Source: Monocercomonoides exilis PA203
Lineage: Eukaryota; Protista; Preaxostyla
Direction of reading: 5' to 3'
NCBI GenBank assembly: GCA_001643675.2
Contig: LSRY02000032.1
Location: forward strand, 186,001 to 250,000
DNA: 64,000 nucleotides
The notes beneath the pieces were generated by a model. The model was not told where the DNA came from and did no database searches. It saw only the letters and a program-made list of their open reading frames with translations. Positions 1-12,985 of this stretch are shown piece after piece. The position numbers and the translations under genes were made by a program. Position 1 is the first letter of the stretch, and each line of letters begins with the position of its first letter.

Positions 1-1789
1 GCAGCGCTTACAATCAAAACTTGATACAGACTGGAAATCCATCGTGTCATTCGTCTCCTTATAATTGTTCTTCCTGTTCCTGGTATCCTCTTTCATATAG
101 TAAGAAGAAGAAGATCTATTAGAATTGCGAGATGAAAAGGAATCAAAATATGGAGAATCATAGTATCGAGAAGAAGAAGAAGATGATGACGACGACGACG
201 ATGGAGAATCATAGTATCGAGAAGAAGAAGATGAAGAAGATGATGATGATGAGTGGGAAGAAGAAGAAGAAGAATAGGGATGAGAAGGATGGCAAGCAGA
301 GGTAGAAGAAGAAGAGTGGGAAGAAGAAGAAGGATAAGAAGATGGGTTTGAATATGAAGAAGTACAGTGATGAGAAGAAGATGAGGATGATGACGGATAA
401 GAAGAACGACAAAATGAGGAAGGAGCAGAGGGATTAGAAGACAAGGTAGATGAAGAAGAATCATAAGAGGAGTCAGAATATGAAGAATCATAGCGTCGAG
501 AAGAAGAAAGAGAAGAAGAGGGATAGGAAGGGCGACAAACAGAAGAAGAAGAGGAGGAGGAGGATGTTGAAGAAGAAGATGAACGCAACATAGTTGGCAC
601 AGGATACGCAGAGGTTGGTGACGAAATGGAAGTTGATTTTCCAATTTGTGAAGGAACTCTCTCTTCAATCTTAACATGGCGCTTTTTCGTATCCCTTATC
701 GAATCTTCTGTGTGATCGTCTCTTTGTTTAATTTGTGAATAATCTCTGCATTTCTGCCTGTCTTCATTTGTGTCTTTAAAGCTGTTTTCAGCACTACGAT
801 GAGTTAGTCTATGAATTTCCTGTTCTGTCTCGTATCGCCTTGGAAGCTTCGATGCCACACTTGGATATGAAAGCACCTTGAGCAAGTCTATTCCGCTGTC
901 TGTTTCGTGGCGCAGCAGCACCATTGTGAGTAACATAATTTCTTTGTCGATTGAATCATGGAAGTGATTTTTCACTAACCTCAATGCACCATTCTGTAAA
1001 AACTCATTCAGATCAGCTGATGAAAAAGAACGGAGCATGCACAATTCAAAGAGCACTATACCAAGTTGCCTGAGATCGGTCGCTGAGTCTGAAAACGCTT
1101 GAACTGCCGATGGAGATGAACTCGAAGAGGAAGCAGATGCTCGTCTCAATGTCAATGATGGCTTCGTGATTCGAAATTCTCCTGAGTATTTATATAAAAA
1201 AATATTTTTTATTTTCAGATTTTTATGAATCTTAAAAAAATAAAAGCTCAATGGCATGCCAAGTTTCACGTGACCATCAGGTGTCAGAAGAATGTTGTTC
1301 AAGAGAATGTTTCCGTGCTTCAAACCCACCTTGAAATATTCAAAAAGCCCCAGCAAAAGTTCAGTTATGATAGTCCACAATTCCTTTTTTAAAAGAAAAA
1401 ATATATAAAAAATTCATTTTTTTTTTTTTTTTTTGGATATTATCATTCAGTGAAAACAGACTTAATCTTGTTAACGAATACAAAATGCAAACATTGTTAG
1501 AATAATATTTCCAGTGTTTTTTTCTTTTCTCAATATCATCTTTCAGGTTAGTTCCTTCACAGTACTCAAAAAAAATGTGCAAGTCATTATCATTATTGTA
1601 ATTTGCTTCAACAATGGTTTCTGTATACGGACTTTTGATTGCTTTCGCTTTTGAAAGTTTCAAGCCCATATGTTCATTTGTCAAATAAAAGTTGTCTTCA
1701 AAATTGTAACGCTTCAAAATATTCTTTTCTCCATTTCCTTTCGATACCATGTACACTCTGCACTCCTTATTAATATTCAATAACTTCAT
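1..1789 (-). CDS. NEK-like protein kinase-fold protein, probable pseudokinase, with Ser-rich tail; 3' end lies outside the window
   Basis: Manual splice 1789-1493 / 1383-1260 / 1181-<1 gives LHIFFEYCEGTNL...ELWTIITELLLGL...KHGNILLNNILLTPDGHVKLGEFRITK...DLRQLGIVLFELC. HRD is replaced by HGN and DFG by EFR. The last exon is open to position 1. Confidence 0.75.
1182..1259 (-). other. GC-AG spliceosomal intron (donor G|GCATGC)
   Basis: Needed to join VKL-G to EFRITK. Read-through hits an in-frame TAA. AT-rich interior ends in CTCAG. Confidence 0.7.
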
Positions 1790-2729
1790 GTGTACATCTT
1801 TTCAAAAAAACAATAAACAAATAAAATTCACAGTTGACCCAAATTTAACAACATCGCGCAAACAAAAACAACAAACATTTATCAAATATACTTTGCTCTT
1901 TTTTCTCTTCAGCTTTCAATTTCGCCATCAAAACTATTTCAAATCCGCAAAAATAATATTCAACAAAAATATGAAGATCAATTTGCATATAAAAAAATTA
2001 AAGATATCTCACACTTCTCAAAACGAAATAATGGTTAAAAAATTTCAAACAGATTTTTATTCAAAATTGAAGGTTGAAATGAATTAACTATTTCGGAGGA
2101 AAATCATTTATTTATAGAAAATCGATGAAACAATGATGAAAAAAAGATTTTTTCTTTTTTGTTTTCGTTGGATATTTCTTTTGTTTTTAGTTTTCTGTCC
2201 AAATACATTTAACATTTCGGACGCCTTATATGATCGAGTCTGGTCCTTGTGAAACTGACTTGCGGTTGTTGAAAAAGAAAAATGCTTCAAAACATTTAAT
2301 ATGGCAAACAGCACCATTAAGATTGAAGCTTGATTAACGCAGAAACTTGTAATCTGTCCGTGAAACTGTAAATATTTTTGTTCAATCCATCGTATTTCAT
2401 TCGTATCTTTTCTGTCTTCTTTTTTGCCCTCTTTTTGAATCACAAAAAAGTTAATTTCTTCAGTTTAACAATAAAAGAATGAAACTTTGAGCACAACTTG
2501 TGTGTTAAAGAATAATTTTCGCTTTTATTTCTTCGCTTTCATTTCAAAATTTGTGTAAAGAAAAATAATCCAAAATAATCTAACAATAAAATTCTTAATT
2601 TTTAAATAAATACACCAAAGAAAAAAAATATCAATCTTAAAACATTTCAAATAAATGGATAAAACTAAAAACTGGTGCTAAAAAATATAACATGAAATGA
2701 ATAACATCACGATGATTTTGGCCAACGCT

Positions 2730-4659
2730 TTATTCATATTTCTTCAAGCGTTGAGGGAGTTCATGTGGAAATCTAGATAAAGAATTCGATGTACCTGTAT
2801 TGCAAATGGGGGAGAAAAAAAGAAGAATAAAATAAAATAGATTTTATAACAGTTTGCTTAATAAATAAACCATGATGCATTAGCATACCTAGCATCGATG
2901 GGCAGAGAGCAGAAAAAGGAGAAGCAATGGGTGTTGCCCCCCGATGAATTAAATCAAAACCGCCAACAGTTGAGCCTTCAATGGAGCATCGAGGAATATA
3001 AGGAGGAAAGACAAGTGCCGAGGATGAGTAAGCCGATGCTGAAACAGATGTGGGAGATGAAGACAAAGAAGGTGATGCTGCAGGCGATGGTGATGGCGAA
3101 TTAGAAGACGATGAAGATGAAGATAGCACAGTTGAGGATGATGATACAGCTCCTCCTCCAACACCAACACGTCTCTTTTCAATGTCAACCACATCGAGCA
3201 TATCGTTTAACAGCACATACTTCAAGTGGTAGTCTGCTGGTGTGTCAGCAGTCAGAGATGGCGAAGCATTGACCTCCAACACCCAAACCTTCATCGTATC
3301 ATCAATAATCAAATCAAATCCATACAGCTCAAAGCATTTCCTTTCTGCAATCATCACGTTTTGCCCAGCCTGTACTACTTGCATAATCACCTTCTGCATG
3401 TTGGCAAATAAATCCCTGGCGGCTTTGAATCCGTATCTTCCGTGAACATATAGCTTGAAATCGCGCAGATCCCATTTGCACCCCTGGCTCGCGCTGTAAG
3501 CGCTTGAATGCTTCTGAATAGCCACGTTCGTCAGGTGAACAAACTGGTTGTCCACATTGTCAGGATCAAGAGAAAAATGAGAAAACGAAAATCGTGCAAA
3601 GCCAGTGCGATACAGCCACACTGTCAGTGGCAGAAATGACGTTACAAGCACATACACACGCATGTCAAATTTTTTGCCCCCGACAAGCAAAGGATTTGAA
3701 ATGTATGATTGGATTAGATAAGTTTTATCTTTTTCTTTTTCCTCTTCATGGTCCGGATCATTTGGATCAGCTCCACTTCCAGAAGGCAACGAACGGGGAA
3801 CAGGAGAAGAAGTGAAACGGTTGTCAACCTTCCAGTCTGCAAGCTGAGAAAGTTTGCTTACAACAAAAATTCCTCTTCCTTGGGCTTGCCCCAACTAAAA
3901 AGAAATATTTATATTCGACAGTTGCTGAATTGAAAATTTTACACAAAAAAACAAAACCGGTTTAGCAATCCATAATGATCCTGGTCTTTTTTTAAAAGCT
4001 TCAAGAAATATTCCATAGTCCTGAGGAAGTACGTAAGTCAGAGGAAGAAAGTCAAGTCTTTAACATCAAGCACCACGCAAGTATATAAAGAATAACAATT
4101 ATTGGGGGTAAAGGTAATCACTAAATGAATAAATAATATAATTAGAAAATACTTCATTGATTCTGATTGTTTATTTTCTCGTTCGAGTTCTCGCTTATAT
4201 CGTCGAACAGTTTTATAAAGAAGATCTTTTCTTGTAATCTCGTAATGATTCGGAAAATGATTAACTCTAACAAAATTTTCGTGAAAAAATCAAGAAAAAT
4301 ATAAAGTGATACTTTTGGTAATCTTTCAGAAGCGAGAAATTGCAATGATGAACCCAGTTTGCTGAAATTATTATAAAGCAAATGCTATTCACAGTGAAAC
4401 GAACATAATACTCACAAACTATCTGCCCAAAAAAAATCCCATGCGTCGCTTCTAAGTTGTAATTTTCGAGACGAATTTTTGTTTAATAATTAAAAAATTT
4501 TTAAAAATGTGGCACTTTCAAAAATGGTCAAAACTCTTCATTAACTTCAATCCAATTACGCCCTTCCATTACATCTAATATAGTGTTGCGCAACGTGGTT
4601 TTAAAATAAATCACTCGCTCTTCGGAAGCGGTTGTAGGGCGAGTTTTTGGATTACTCAT
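2730..4659 (-). CDS. TTLL9: Tubulin polyglutamylase, TTLL9/TTLL1 family (multi-exon)
   Basis: Spliced exons give IYFKTTLRNTILDVM...WDFFWAD...VNHFPNHYEITRKDLL...FLPLTYVLP...WIAKP.GQAQGRGIF...QSYISNPLLVGGKKFDMRVYVLV...CFELYGFDLIID...WVLEVNASPSL. GT-AG introns; TAA stop at 2730-2732. Confidence 0.88.
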
Positions 4660-4687
4660 TTTTGTAGTTTGGTATAAGATCAGAAGA
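4660..4687. promoter_or_regulatory. 28-nt gap between divergent start codons (candidate bidirectional promoter)
   Basis: TTLL9 ATG at 4659 (-) and TPR gene ATG at 4688 (+). Confidence 0.5.
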
Positions 4688-7197
4688 ATGGACTTAGAAA
4701 GGGGAAAACTGTCCATTGGTCCTTCATATTCTAGTTTTAGCGAAATTTTGGCGCTATTACGAAAGGAAGGATACATTGGAACAGTTTCTGGATATACTCC
4801 TGGGGGTCTTCCATTGAATAATCCATTTTTTCGACTTATTGGTTGTGATATGCTGTATCAATATTATCAGGATATTTATTTCATGCACAAATATTACAAT
4901 TCTTTATCAATTGATTTGTACACTCACAAAATTATAAATCTGAATAATTCTTTTTATTTTTATGAACAGCCTATTCCTTCAAAGGATTTTGATGGACACG
5001 CTACAACTGTGAAAGATTTAATCAAAGGATCTAAGCCTTGGATAACTACAACTCATTCTTCTAATTTTGAAGAGACATTATCACTTGTTGATGTATGTTA
5101 TCGAAGACTTCATTCTCCTGTTGCAGAATCGTCTCTATCATTTTTCGACAGCTTAAGTGACAAAGGAGAGAAACAAAAAAAGTCAAATAGTTTTTCTACA
5201 TCATCAAGGACCCAAACTACAACAGCTTTATGTCTTGCATTACTTCAGCGCGGGTGTTTAGCTGATGTCAGTGAAGTTTTGGCACGAGAAGTTTCAATGT
5301 ACCCATCTCCAACCCCATTAAATCAATTTCTAATCCTTTCTCTTCTTAGCCAAGGGCATATCGATGAAGCATTCCGTTATGTGCACCTTTTGTTTGATAG
5401 ACCCGATGCTCAAGACTTTATCACCACTCAAGTAATTGGAACAATATTGGTGCCATGCATCCAGCAAGCATTGATGAGGCGTAGATCCCACGACTGTCTT
5501 TACTTCACCACGCTTCTTGTGCAGCGCGTTATTGCCTTTGGAAGAGAAAAATCTTCTTCTTTGCCCACAGGAAGCACATTGTCACTCAGACAGCAGCGGC
5601 AGCAGGAGCTGCAGCAGCGCGTGCAGGAGACGCTTCTGCTGTTTGCGCACCGGGCGCGTTCGGTGGCTCTGTTCCATCTCAGCTGGCAGTCGATGCACGG
5701 CGACAGCGGCAGCGACAGCCTGATGAAAGAGGCAGCACGCGAGGCGCTCATTGCAGTCAATCCATATCTGCCAAAGGAAACGAAGGAAAGGATGAAAGGA
5801 GGAAGAGGGAAAAGGCACGTGCAGAAGCAGAAAGTGGAAGGGAATGAAAGAAAAAATGATGGAGATGAGATGGAAAGCAAAGAGCATAATCAACCAAGTG
5901 TTCAGGGAAATAAAGATCAGTCCAGTTTATCTGCTTCTGACTCCTCTTCTGCTTCTTCTTCCTCTTCCTCTTCATTATTATCATCATCATTTTCTTCTTC
6001 TTCTTCTTCCAATCCAAACTCAAATTTGCATCTTTCTTCTCACAGCTTCGAGCCTTCATTCATCACACATTCAAGTCCCACTCTCCATCCGAAGCATCTT
6101 CTTGTCTCGTCTGCCCTCTTTGTGCTGGCGAGAGAGTTGGCGCAGCGAAGAGAATACGACACTGCCCAGCTCATTCTGAACCAGCTCATTTCATCCATCC
6201 TCCAATTGACTCCTTCTTCTTATGCTTCTTCTTCTTCTTCTTCTTCTTATCCTTCTCCTTCTTCTCTATCTTCTGCTTCTGCTTCTGCTTCAGCCTCAGA
6301 ATTAAATTCACATCCATCTCTTGCTCCGTCTCCTTCTCTTCATTCGCCTTTATCTCCTGCTTCATCATCATCATCATTAACAACAACAACACCTTCATCT
6401 TCCTCTTCCTCTTCCTTCTCCTCTTCTTCCTCCTCTTCTTCTCTTACATCATCCACTCCTTCCACAATCACTCTGTCATTTCACCCAAACATGTCATCCA
6501 TCTCTTCTTGCTCTCTTTTACTTGCTGCTTTCTTGTCTGTCGCTGCTGCTTCATCATCTTCTTCTTCTTCCTCTTCTTCTTCTGCTCATCCTCTTGTTCA
6601 TCTCCAAAATGCCTTCGTGTTTCTCGACTTAGCTCTTTCATCTGAACACTCAGCTATCTCCCCTTTCGATTCTGTTGAGAAGTTTTGGAGAAAGACTCAG
6701 CTGAAATCTTCTTCTTCTTCTTCTTCTTCTTCTTCATTATCACCTGCTAATTCGACTTCTACAATTCCATCAATAGCCTCTTCTTCTTCTTCTTCTCTTC
6801 CTCCTCCTCCTCCTCCTCCTCCTCCTCCTCCTCCAAGTATCACTTTATCACCTATCGCTCCTCGCATCCTCTTCTTCCGCGCTTCCTGCCTCCGCTGCCT
6901 CCCTCCTTCTCTCGCCATTTCATTGTCTTCTCTTTCTTCTTCTCCCTCTTCTCCCTCTTCTTCTTCTTCCTCTCTCTCTTCCTCTTCTTCTCTTAGCATC
7001 TTCAGTTCTCTTGCCCTGACCACTGCCTCCTCTCTGTTCAATGTGTATCTGCTTTCTCAGTCTCTTTCTTTGAGCTCCTATCGCGACTGCCTCATTCTTC
7101 TGAATGCTGCCTCGTTTCTCTCTCTTTCTGAACACTTCCATCATCTTGTGAGCGAATATGCTCTTGTGGAAGGAGATGTGGATAAAGAACAAGGTTA

Positions 7198-7231
<34 letters not shown>

Positions 7232-9618
7232 TCCTCCTCCTCTTCTTCTTCTTCAACAGCATCCATCGAAATGAGTAACACCAAACAACCAAACTCCGAC
7301 AACCAACCAAAACTTAACCCAAAACCCAGCGATTATCACATCATCCACCCGCCAAACCTCACAGCCGGTTTGTCTTCTCTAATGTCCTCCCTTGCCCCTT
7401 CTGTCGCGTCTGTACTGAGCTTTCTGATGGGCGCGCCTGCTTCCCAATCCTCAAAATACCACCGCCTTTCGCAGTACCTCCTCTCCTTCACGCAGACCAT
7501 CACTCCAAAGACCGTTCTGATTGACCCGGCTTACCCTACAATCAGCAACGACACCCTCCCTCTGTCTCTGAAAAGTGCGTTTGCGACTTCTTCTTCTTCT
7601 GTTGCTTCTTCTATTGCCTCTTCTGCTGCACCTTCTGCTGCTGCTTCCTATGCTTCCCTTCCAAATTCTTTGTCTCTCTCTCCCTTTTCCAATTCTTTCT
7701 CCTCCTCTTCCTTCTCCTCTTTCTCCTCTTTCTCCTCCTCTTCTTCTTCTTCTCTCAACACCTCTGCTGCCTACCTTGCCTCGCTCTTACCATCTGACCC
7801 TGTTGAATTAGAAGGGCAGCCAAACACCACTGAGAAGATTCCACCGCTTTCCACTCCATTTCTGATTGATGAGACAGTTGTGCTGACAAACCCAGCGGCG
7901 GGCTTGGAGCTGGCAGACGACACTGCAGCGCCTTCGACAGTGCCGGTGAGGGACTTTGCGAGGATCTGTGTGAGGAGTGAAGGGAGGAATAATGGTAGTA
8001 ATAATAGTAATAGTAATATTAAAGCTTCTGCTAATGCTTCTTCATCTAATGCTGCCTCTAACAGTAACATTAGCAGCAGTAATATTAATCCCAACCCTTC
8101 CTCTCGAGAGCTCACCACCGCTGAGCAGTCCGCAGAGGACATTGCTACACTTGGCCATCCATTCCAGCCACTTCCTCTGCCTCCACTCGATTTAACTCCG
8201 TCTGCGCTGATTGTGCAGTGCTGGCTGGGAATGGCGCAGGTGTTTATCAACCTCGACTTCAACATACAGATCTGTGGAGATGGAGAAGATGATGAAGATG
8301 ATGAAGATGATGGGGAAGATAATGAGGAGGAAGAAGAAGGAGAAGACGATGGTGTAATTGAGATGGTGAATGAACATGGGGAGGTGATTGCAAGCGATGC
8401 TGCAGATGCTGCTGAATCTTCAGAATCTGCTGAAACTAATGATTTTTCAGTGGGAATTGTCCATCGCAGTGTCTTTTCACAAGCAAGAAACAAAAAGAAA
8501 GAGCATCTGAAACAGGAAGTTAAGCCAGCCAGCGGACAAAGTGAAGGTAATCCTGTTGATGAAGTACAGAATCCGCTTGTGGAGAAGCAAGAAGCGCAAT
8601 CGGTTGTTGAAACATCTGCTCCACCAACATCAACTGCTCATACATCACCGACAGCATCGTCGCCTCAACCAGCTAATGCTGCTTCAACATCATCTTCTTC
8701 TTCTTCTTCGTTATCGTCTTCTTCTGCTTCTCCATCTGCTTTTTCTGCTGCCACTTCTTCCTCTACCTCCTCCTCTTCTTCTTCCTCTTCTCTCTCCACC
8801 GCTTCCTCTTCCTCTTCCTTACCGTCTTCCCCTTCCTCTTCTTCCTCTTCTTCCTCTTCCTCCCACATCTGCTCTCTTTCCGTCTCCTCTGTCTCTTCTG
8901 TCTCCGACCGCTTTGAGCCCGACATTCTTCTCTGCCTCTCCTGTGCATGGCATCTGGCCCCTGCCTCCCCCGCTGTCTTTCAGTCAATCGCATCTTACTT
9001 AGTCGCAAGAAACCAGTTTACGAGCGCGGAAGACGCGCTTCTGAGGTCCCTTGCTGTTAATCCTGTGCATGTGGGCACGTTGGTATCACTGGCGATGCTG
9101 CATCTGATGAAGTCTGGTGTGTTGTCTTCAGAGATCGTTACGCAGTTTCTGAGTGGATGCGACAGGTTCTGCTTGGTGGCAGACTCCGAACAGAGCTTCT
9201 ATCTCCTCACTGGAGCTGATGGCTCGCCTGGGGCAGGTGAAGAAGCAGAACAGTTATGTGTGTTGCCTGAGAATATGCTGGGTGGTGCTGCAGGGTTTGG
9301 GGGATGTGATGGTTATAATATCTTTGGTGGTGCTGATGATTCAAATAATTCTGATAGTTCCAATAATCCTAATAATTCTTCTGGTTCTGTGAATCCTTTT
9401 GTTTCAGAGCCGAATGTGCATTCATTTGACACAGACATCGATTTCCTACAGTCTCCAACGTTGGCCTTCACATACCCACCACGGATCGCTCCGCCTCCGT
9501 CTCTGGATGCGCAGCTGAGGGAGGTGGCATTTGCGAAGTATTATGTGCTCTCTGCCCTGTCTATTGACAAGAGAAGAGGATGGAGGTGTGTGTCTCCTAT
9601 GAAGCATTTTTAATTTTC

Positions 9619-9650
<32 letters not shown>

Positions 9651-10048
9651 AATGTTGAGGAGGTGGGGAGAGAGAGAAGTTTGAGGTAGTTTTGTGGGGT
9701 TTTTGTGGAGCTTGATTGATGCTGATTGTTAGTTATTGGCTATTGGAACTTAGGAGTTGATTGGGGAGATTCTTTATTGTTGATATTTTTGTATTTATTT
9801 CATTGTTGGAAAATATATTGATATTTTTGTTTATATACAAATATATATATGTTTATATCGATTTCTTTGACCTCTTATCTATTTCTTTCAGAGCGCCCCA
9901 GGCGTGGAAGATACTCTCCGTCATTCTTTGCTTTGAAGGCAAAGAGCAAAGCGCCAAAACTGCACTTCTGACATCCCAATCCCTGTCAAAAATGTCACCG
10001 AAAGTTCATTCTCTTATTGATCTGATTCCTACGTCAGATCTTATTTGA
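4688..10048 (+). CDS. TTC7/Ypp1-like TPR scaffold (PI4KA complex subunit) with long Ser-rich insertions
   Basis: C-terminal TPR-like helices LIVQCWLGMAQVF, AEDALLRSLAVNPVHVGTLVSLA and, after intron 9586-9891, GWRAPQAWKILSVILCFEGKEQSAKTALLTSQSLSKMSP resemble the TTC7/Ypp1 C-terminus. Confidence 0.6.
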
Positions 10049-10634
10049 ACATTTCCATGAAATTATGTTTTAATTAGATTGAGTATATTTATGTTGCTTT
10101 TATTATTATTATTATTATTTACAACACTTTTGAAGATGTTTTATTGTAATGTTGATAAGATAATTTATAAATAAGCCAATCAAACAGCATCATTCGGTGC
10201 AAATAAAGTGTCTGATTCTGAGGGGAAAAAAAAAAGTGGGGGGAAAAAGATTTATAAACCCGATAACTCATTTTGTAATTTAAAATAAAAAAAAGAAAGA
10301 AAGTTATAATAATAAAATGAAAAAACGTATTTATTTTTAAGTGAACGGAAATGATAAACCGAAAATGGGAGGAATAAAACACGAAAATTTTATAACACTT
10401 AAAATATACAATATCCTCAACACAGATATTTTGAGATTCAACAAAAAAAGCCAACGTTTCCACAAAAATTTAACTTCGCAAAAATGCGATCAGAACGCAA
10501 ACGCAAAAGAGGTTTAAGTCCAAATCCAAAATTACAATTCATAAGATACAGAAAACCCATCTTCAGGAATATCAATCGCATTTCCAATAAAAATGCCAAA
10601 GCTAACCTGTATTGTTTAGATATCTTTTAACAGT

Positions 10635-11474
10635 TTAATAAGCGCGTGTTTGATAAGATGCTAGCAGCTTCTGGTATGTATCCACGGCTGCTTGGAACTC
10701 TTCTTTCTTTATTGAAGTTGTGTAAGACAAGCAAGACAAAAAAAATAATTCGGATTTTGCAAGATGAGGGATTGGTATACCAAAAGCATGACTCCACCAA
10801 GCATTGGAAAACGGAACATCCGCATTCAATTTATTTGCAAGCATCACGCATACGCAAAGTGCCATAGGCATATTATCTCTAGTTAAAACAAAAGGAATGT
10901 CAGTAAGTTGGCCTGTAAGAACGCGTTCAAGAAGAATTAATCCTTGTAAAAATTCGCTTTGTCTAATTCTCATTTGACATGACATTGTCTTCATTAATCC
11001 GCACGCAATATCCCTCAAATAATTAACCAATGAAATTTCCTCTCTTGATAAATTAGTCCAATTGGAAAAAGATAATGCTTCTTGATCAGATAAATCCTCG
11101 ATAAATTTTGTTCCAATTGCGCGAATTGGTGTAAGCAATGATGAGTAAATGGGATTTCTTCTAATGTGCCGTTTGCTGTTATGCCACGCATGGCAATTGG
11201 TGAAAGCAACAGATTTTCCAATAAAATCACTCATAACTTCAATAAATTCATTATTCATAATATTACCATCAAAATGAACTTGCACAACATCATCAAATGA
11301 ATAATCTGCAATCATTTGAATCTTCAAGTCTTTTTCAAATGATTCCTTTTGGCAATCAAGAAGTTTGGTATCTTCTGTGTAAAGACTTGGAAATTCATTT
11401 TCATAGCTTTCAAAGGATGATTTAGGGAAAGGAATAATTGCAAAAGATGTTGTAAATGTTGAGCACGCTGCCAT
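10635..11474 (-). CDS. Cyclin, PHO80/P-type (cyclin U) family
   Basis: LILLERV...LTRDNMPMALCVCVMLANKLNADVPFSNAWWSHAFGIPIPHLAKSELFFLSCLSY matches the PHO80-like cyclin box; intronless. Confidence 0.8.
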   Translation of the reverse strand: MAACSTFTTSFAIIPFPKSSFESYENEFPSLYTEDTKLLDCQKESFEKDLKIQMIADYSFDDVVQVHFDGNIMNNEFIEVMSDFIGKSVAFTNCHAWHNSKRHIRRNPIYSSLLTPIRAIGTKFIEDLSDQEALSFSNWTNLSREEISLVNYLRDIACGLMKTMSCQMRIRQSEFLQGLILLERVLTGQLTDIPFVLTRDNMPMALCVCVMLANKLNADVPFSNAWWSHAFGIPIPHLAKSELFFLSCLSYTTSIKKEEFQAAVDTYQKLLASYQTRAY

Positions 11475-11721
11475 TTTCAATATTTTAAATTCTTGTTATC
11501 AATTAAACTTATTCAATATAATATGTTGGGTATTCTTACCAACATTGAAATTTTTTGACAATAAAAATTTGGGTTAAACTGAATATTAAATAAAAACTAG
11601 TTTAAAAAAATGCATATGTTTAATGTTTGTAAGATTCTTTTAAAATAAATTAAAATTATTAAGTATTTGGTATCAAAACAGTCTTTTTCCAGACAATTAA
11701 AAAATCCACAATTCCACACAC

Positions 11722-11825
11722 AGTGAGTCACAAATCCGGAACATGTTACAAATCCGGGAAAGTGTACAAATTTCAGGTTTTACAAAACCTGAAATTTGTA
11801 CACTTTCCCGGATTTGTGACTCACT
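11722..11825. repeat. Perfect 34-bp inverted repeat with 2-nt spacer plus outer 18-bp inverted repeat (MITE/TIR-like)
   Basis: Arms 11748-11781 and 11784-11817 are exact reverse complements. AGTGAGTCACAAATCCGG at 11722-11739 is the reverse complement of 11808-11825. Confidence 0.9.
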
Positions 11826-12479
11826 TACACCTTTTTTTTCAAATTTGGTTAACTTGTTTTTCGAAATTGCTAAACTAATTATTCTTAATGAATCACATTG
11901 AGTAATTTTCAAAAAATTGTTTTGTGAAAAATTGGTTTTTTGCTGAATGTTATATAGTTATAAAAATAATATATTTTTGCATTATATTTAAAAAGGATAA
12001 GAAATTGAGCCCTTATTTTTTTTATTTGTCAATAAATGGAACTTTCTTTTTGAAAAATCAGAGATCTTCCCGTTATAGTTATTTGGAAAAGAAATAATAA
12101 TATATCCAAAAACGATTTTGCACCATATATATATTTTTATCACAAACGAAACATATTTCAAAATTTTTGTTATTTTCAACAAACCAAAATAGCTTTCATC
12201 AAAATAAATTTCAAAGGGAAATTATTCATTCATCAAATATTCATGTTTTCAAAGATTCCAGCATAATTGATACTCATATGTTGAATGCATTTGATTGGCT
12301 AATTGCATAAGAAGTTATTTTCTTTGATAAAGTTTCATGGTTTTTCGAAAATGTGAAAATCTCGAAAATGTTGGTCATAAATTTTTTATATCTATCTGTT
12401 TCATTATTTTCTTTTTTGCCTTTATTGTGCGATGAACAGATGTTGTCTGGACTGAAAAGATTTTTGCACAGCTTTCCAA

Positions 12480-12985
12480 TCATATAATTAGCGTTTTTCG
12501 GGAAAATGAAAAATTAGCAGAGAGATTCGCTGTTTTTGCTGCTGTGCACAAAGTCTGGTATAAAAGAATTCGAAATATTTTTTTTTTCGAAGAGAAAGAG
12601 ACTGGAGCCCATTTATAATTTTGGTTGCAAAAAAGGCGATTCGCTTGCAGATGACGTGAACGTCCGACTTTTTTCTTTAAAAAAATCAGAGACCACTTAT
12701 TGAACTACCCAGGAAAAAATCAATATCTTAATTTCACTTCGTTTGGATCATTCATCAGACGATGTTTCTGATTCATTATCCATCTCGTTTTTTGCATCTC
12801 AACGTTCTTCTGTGCAGAACAGTGATAAATATCCTTTTCCATCTTTAGCATTTATTGATGAGCCACACAACCAAGATGAACTTATTCAACAGAAGGCGTC
12901 ATAACTGCTAATGAACAAGGGCACCACAGAAGCAAGGAAGTCAGCTGAGTTTTCTATGAATATGAAGCAATGGAGAGAGGATTGA
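12480..12985 (+). pseudogene. Decayed copy of the receptor pseudokinase tail
   Basis: RDSLFLLL...INILISLRLDHSSDD...YPFPSLAFIDE...QQKAS*LLMNK...AEFSMNMKQWRE aligns by eye with RDSLFMLL...VICIALHSDCSSD...SPPPSSAFEDE...RWKAPELLINK...VAFSIGMMLWE at 44083-44990; stops and frameshifts. Confidence 0.7.

Noticed and set aside
93-677. Leu-rich 194-aa ORF
   Set aside because: Alternate frame of the kinase's poly-Ser tail
2108-2443. 111-aa ORF or possible ncRNA
   Set aside because: No recognisable protein motif and no snRNA, snoRNA or tRNA signature
4528-4776. ORF overlapping the TPR gene start
   Set aside because: TTLL9-like sequence begins only at the ATG at 4659; the upstream part is incidental
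4842-4969. Possible intron in the AT-rich start of the TPR gene
   Set aside because: The available GT/AG pair would shift the frame, and the ORF reads through
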